A stretch of 64,000 nt of DNA from Euglena gracilis (taxonomy: Eukaryota). Where the stretch lies: the NCBI GenBank assembly GCA_039621445.1, contig CP154954.1:25556954-25620953 (forward strand). The letters are read 5' to 3'. Both the position numbers and the translations under genes were made by a program. The notes beneath the pieces are model-generated. The model ran no database searches. It had not been told where the DNA came from and was given only the letters and a program-made list of their open reading frames with translations. Below, in pieces: positions 59,779 through 64,000 of the stretch. Position 1 is the stretch's first letter; each line of letters opens with the position of its first letter.

Positions 59779-62072
59779 ATGGGCTGCACTACCTCCGGGG
59801 CCACTGCCGTCTCGCACGCGGCGGGGCTCCTGGCGACGCCGGCCGCCTCGCCCCGGCGGCCCCACCCCTCCCCATCCGCCACGGCCCTCGCCCGCACCCC
59901 CGCCGTGTGGCCTGGTATGTATGTATGTATGTATGTACGTGTGTATGTATGTATGTATGTATGTATGTATGTATGTATGTATGTATGTATGTATGTATGT
60001 ATGTATGTATGTATGTATGTATGTATGTATGTATGTATGTATGTATGCATGTATGCATGTATGTATGTATGTATGTATGTATGTATGTATGTATGTATGT
60101 ATGGATGGATGGATGGATGTATGGATGGATGTATGGATGGATGGATGTATGGATGGATGGATGGATGTATGTATGGATGTATGGATGTTCATATCAGAAC
60201 ATACATTCTGGTTTTCTCATTTTTTCCACCATTCAATTCAACTCAAGACGGTCGAAAAACTTTTGAATCTTTCGAAGCATTTCGCTTCATCAGTCCTCCA
60301 CAGTGGGCCGATGTTTGGTCGCCACATCCAGACCACAGTACCTGGAGGGTGTCAGCCTCTGCTGCTAGGGTGTGCATGTATCGCACTGCCCCCACCGCTC
60401 CACTCCAACACCCCCTCTGAGTCGGCGTTCGATAGCCTGGGGGAGCAAACCGAGGACGAGGACTCCCCCAGCCAGACCCCTCCCGCCCTCCCCTCCGTGC
60501 CGTGGGCTCTTCTGGTTTTGCATGTAGGCGAGGTAATGAGAGGTTTTCACCGCACTTCTATCACGGGTGTCTCTTGCTTGGCTCTAGTGTGGCTGACGTT
60601 CAATACCTGCACCCCCTCCAGGACGTGCGGAGTACGGTGGGCCGACATATGGCCGGACCACAGTCACACTGGTCAGGGGTGACCAACATGACACCGGAAT
60701 GTGGCTTACCCCCCTCCGCCCCCATGCAGCCCTACGGCCACGACGATGGGGGGCTCTGCGGCCGACAGCCTCCGCACGCTGTCCGACGTGGAGGTGGGCA
60801 GCAGCGCCTCCACAGTCCAGCGCAGCCCCCGGCGGCGGCCGCGCCGCAACGTCCCGCTGAAGTTCCGCGTCCGGGCCAGCCCGGTCTCCCCCCGGCCAGC
60901 GCGGGACCCGCCGCCCACCCCCCGGCCCGCCGCCATGGGCCACTGCGCTCCATCCCGCCCATCATCCGCCCAATATGGCATTTGGGTCAGCCATGCCACT
61001 GTTTCGGTGGGGGGGGTACCCCAGCCCCCTTTTGACCGGGGGGGGGGGGAGGGGTCCGACCCACTCCCCCCACCTGCCTTTTTGTTGAGCCCTGTTGGGG
61101 GGCTGTGCATGGGCCAGTTTTCCAAGAAAGAATAAATGGGAGAGTTGGTTTGGGAAAATTTCCCCCTGGGTCACCAGCGAATCTATGATTGAAGCCCAGA
61201 TGCAAGAACTCACACACATCTATTTGTTTTGTCAGTCGTTTAAGTCACCCAGGTTGTCTTATATTCATTCAAATTTCTTTCGCCTCTTGGGAAGTTGGGT
61301 GAAAAAAAATAAATCCCAAATTTCGCTGCCCAATCCAAGGTGGTTTGTCTGTTCAAAAAGGAAACCATTTTGAGGAATTTGATTTGTGCCGGGAAACAGC
61401 GCTCCTGGTTAGTTTATCGGATGACAGCGGTCAAAAGAAAATTTTCATTCCTTGAGATGTGTCACTGGCTGCAGCCCAAGGGGGGGGGGTCTGTTTGGGG
61501 GGGGGGGGGGGAGGCACCTGAGAAAGCTTCAGGGCAGCTTCCTCCGCATTGACGGGAACCTTCCTGCAGCCTTGTTTTTTTTGGTTTCGCTTCCTGCACA
61601 GCAGATTTTAGCTTTTTGCTTACCTTTCAGGTGCCGACCCCATCTGGGGGGGGAGGTGTGTCTGCCTGGGCAGGTACTCCAAGGCACTCCATATCCGACC
61701 CCCCCGGGGGGGGTTGGGCACTTGGCCAAAAGTGCCTAACAGGCACTCGGGCGCTGAAGGCGTCGGAAGGCTCAAAACAGGCCCATTTTCAAGGAAAATG
61801 GCCTATTTTCTGAGGAAAGTTCTTGGGCACAGGCCGAAATCCAACCCCCCCCCGGGGGGGGGATGCCTGCCTGGGACTCCCCCCCGGGTTGGTAAAAAAA
61901 ACAGCCTGGGTCACGCCGGCGTGGCCCATCCCCCAACCCCAGCCGCCCCCCGGGGCCCGTCCCCCTGCCGCGGACCAGCCGCGTGCACCCGCTGTTCCCC
62001 CCGCGGCCGGCGTGCCCGTACCAGGTGGGCCCGGGGGGCCGCAAGTTGCCGCAGCTGCAGTGCGGCATCTGA
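59779..62072 (+). CDS. 4-exon gene for a ~184-aa protein of unknown function with an N-terminal MGCxxS acylation motif (paralog B)
   Basis: Exons 59779-59901, 60344-60469, 60764-60931, 61935-62072: MGCTTSGATAVSHAAGLLATPAASPRRPHPSPSATALARTP|GGCQPLLLGCACIALPPPLHSNTPSESAFDSLGEQTEDEDSP|DSLRTLSDVEVGSSASTVQRSPRRRPRRNVPLKFRVRASPVSPRPARDPPPTPRPA|NPSRPPGPVPLPRTSRVHPLFPPRPACPYQVGPGGRKLPQLQCGI*. Confidence 0.75.
59902..60343 (+). other. Probable nonconventional intron
   Basis: CCC|GCCGTGTGGCCTGGTATGT pairs with ACATCCAGACCACAGTACCT|GGA; Y|R borders; in frame (an in-frame GT-AG alternative, 59915-60368, also exists). Confidence 0.6.
59915..60187. repeat. (GTAT)n followed by (GGAT)n microsatellite
   Basis: Directly visible. 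Confidence 0.98.
60470..60763 (+). other. Nonconventional intron with the CAG/CTG signature
   Basis: CCC|AGCCAGACCCC ... GGGGGCTCTGCGGCC|GAC; Y|R borders; phase 0; position homologous to 25572-25995. Confidence 0.8.
60932..61934 (+). other. Nonconventional intron
   Basis: GCC|GCCATGGGCCAC ... GTGGCCCATCCCCC|AAC; perfect 9-bp stem from +4 to -6; Y|R borders; restores the frame that matches the C-terminus of paralog A. Confidence 0.75.
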
Positions 62073-62574
62073 GGGGGCCGACGGGCCTGGCCACCCGTCC
62101 GCCCCCCCCCCCCATTGTCCCCCCTCGGGTGTCCGCCGGTGAAGCTGGAGCGAAGAGGAAGCACTCAGATCGCGGCGTCAAGTTTCAGAATGACTTATTT
62201 GGGGGAGGGTCACACATTAATGAACGTTGGGTGGGCCAAGCCAGGAGAAGAGGAGTTGTGTAGGCTCCACTGCCTGGGGGGGGGGGGGTATTCACCTCTT
62301 TTGTCCAAGATACCACCTGTCCTCGACATCCCACCTGTGTCAACATTACATCCATGTCATTATTAAACCAGGATTTGAATAGTGCTGAGCACTTAATGGG
62401 ACATGCATGTGATGGAAGGCCGAAAAGACTAGCGTAGCAAAGTTCGCGTAATTTATAATTTACAAATTACACTGTTTCAATTTACGGTGATTTTCAGTGA
62501 TTTTACGGTAATTTCTGAAATGCTAATGTTAACACCCCATACACCCCATACCCGTTTTATAGGATTTTATCGAC

Positions 62575-62950
62575 TTTTTTTTGACCCGTTTTTGACCCAA
62601 AGTCAATGGGTTTCGGGCCTAAAACGGGGCGCTGGCGGGTCGAAAAACGCTCATTTTTGGCTCAAAAAAGACAGGTTTTCCGGGTCCGGGAGGCCAACAA
62701 AACATCGTTTTGGGAAAAAAAATTTTCGATTTTTTTCGGCTATTTTGACTCGGTTTTGACCCCAAGTCAATGATGGGTTTCGGGCACAAAACGGGGGGCT
62801 CTTTTTTTGGCTCAAAAACAGGTTTTCTGGGCCCGGGAGGTCAAAAAGCACCGTTTCAGGCAAAAAAAAATTCGACTTTTTTGACCTGTTTTCGACCCAA
62901 AGTCAATGGGTTGGCAGCCCAAAACAGGGCGCTGGCGGGTCGAAAAATGG
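62575..62950. repeat. Degenerate tandem repeat, about 3 units
   Basis: tttgacccaaagtcaatggg...aaaacgggg...tttggctcaaaaa.acaggttttc recurs at about 62590, 62755 and 62890. Confidence 0.7.
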
Positions 62951-63664
62951 CTAAGTCAAAACAGGCCAAAGCTGCACAAAATGGCCAATTTATGGCTTAA
63001 CGGCTTAATTTTTTTTAATTTTTTTAATTTTTGAAACATTTTGAAAAAATCAATATTTGACCGAAAAACGGCCCAAAAAAAACACCCAAAAATGGCCGTT
63101 TTGGGCTGCAAAAGCACGCCAGAACACGGCGGCCAAAACGGCGAACGGGGGGCGATGGAGGGCCTCCGGGGGTACATTTCGTCAGACCGACATTTCCGGA
63201 TATAATGTACGTTTTCTCGAGATATTTTCGAAAAATCGATTTTTTGACCGATTTTTTTGACCCCGGCGAAATGGCAGAGTTGGAAGAGTGGGGGGGGGGG
63301 GGCGGGCCAATCCTACCCAGTTTGGACCCCTTCGCACGTGAATAGCTCGGGCCTGGCGTGGAGTTGGGGGTCAAACCCAGGTGATTCGGAAACTAGAAAT
63401 CCAGTCGCTCGTGACTGGAAAAAAAATTCCGGAACGGAGCCGGAATCATGGTGATAATCCGCCGGTTCCCAAGGTGGTCCCGACCGGGGGGGAGGGGGGG
63501 GGGTCCGACCCCCCCTTTTCCCCAGGGGTAAGCTTCGCTCTTTCTCTAAAGAGGTAAGAGCTCAGCGACCCCCCCCCACTTATAAACCCCCCTTGCAAAC
63601 AAACCAGATCTTATAAACTCCGGGGGTTTATAGGATAGGCGCTCGGTGTTTTTCATTCATCTCA

Positions 63665-63700
63665 GGCGGCCGATCTCGCACTTAAAACGTATTTGTGTTC
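63665..63700 (+). mobile_element. Third left end of the GGCGGC..ATCTCGCACTTAA element family
   Basis: TCA|GGCGGCCGATCTCGCACTTAAAAC, nearly identical to the end at 54121. Confidence 0.55.
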
Positions 63701-64000
63701 CTTTGGGCAATTTGCAGAAGAACAAAAAGGTTGTTTGGTTATTTTTTCAAGGGGTCAAGGTCCAGGTTTTTGAATTTCTGTCTGTGGATTTTCGCAACTT
63801 TCCGTGGTGAAACCAAGGGGAAAGGCCAAGACCAGGGGTTTTATTAAGCCGGAGGGGGTCCTATCCCCCCCGGGGGGGGGGGGGGGGGTCCAGTCAGCCA
63901 GCAGCTCAAATCCAGCCAGCAGCCCAAATTCGGGCTGGGAGCCCACCCCGGGGGTCGAGTGAAATAAAGTTTGGTCCAGCCCGGCCAGAGGCCGGGCCAG

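Noticed and set aside
62058-62072. C-terminal prenylation signal in paralog B (QCGI*)
   Set aside because: The Cys is third from the end, so it is not CaaX, and it is absent from paralog A.

Overview
Eukaryotic nuclear DNA, most likely a euglenid. This is inferred from six in-frame, stem-closed nonconventional introns that coexist with GT-AG introns. Short GC-rich exons lie among microsatellites, poly-G/C tracts and nested MITEs. Three host genes could be assembled by hand: the 3' part of a CYTH-domain (TTD14-like) gene (2 to about 5170), and two paralogous 4-exon genes for small MGCxxS-starting proteins (24582-28679, 59779-62072) that share an intron position. The most striking object is a 4.0-kb TIR-bounded element with no transposase (28776-32793). 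It is punctuated by hairpin-forming TGCGCAAATGCGCA repeats that separate unrelated cargo segments. One cargo segment is a 1.25-kb piece of a CRESS ssDNA virus (convergent rep and cap, both 5'-truncated exactly at AAATGCGCAC repeats). A second element of the same family (from 54121) has the same repeats but different cargo. All calls come from manual reading; no searches were run.
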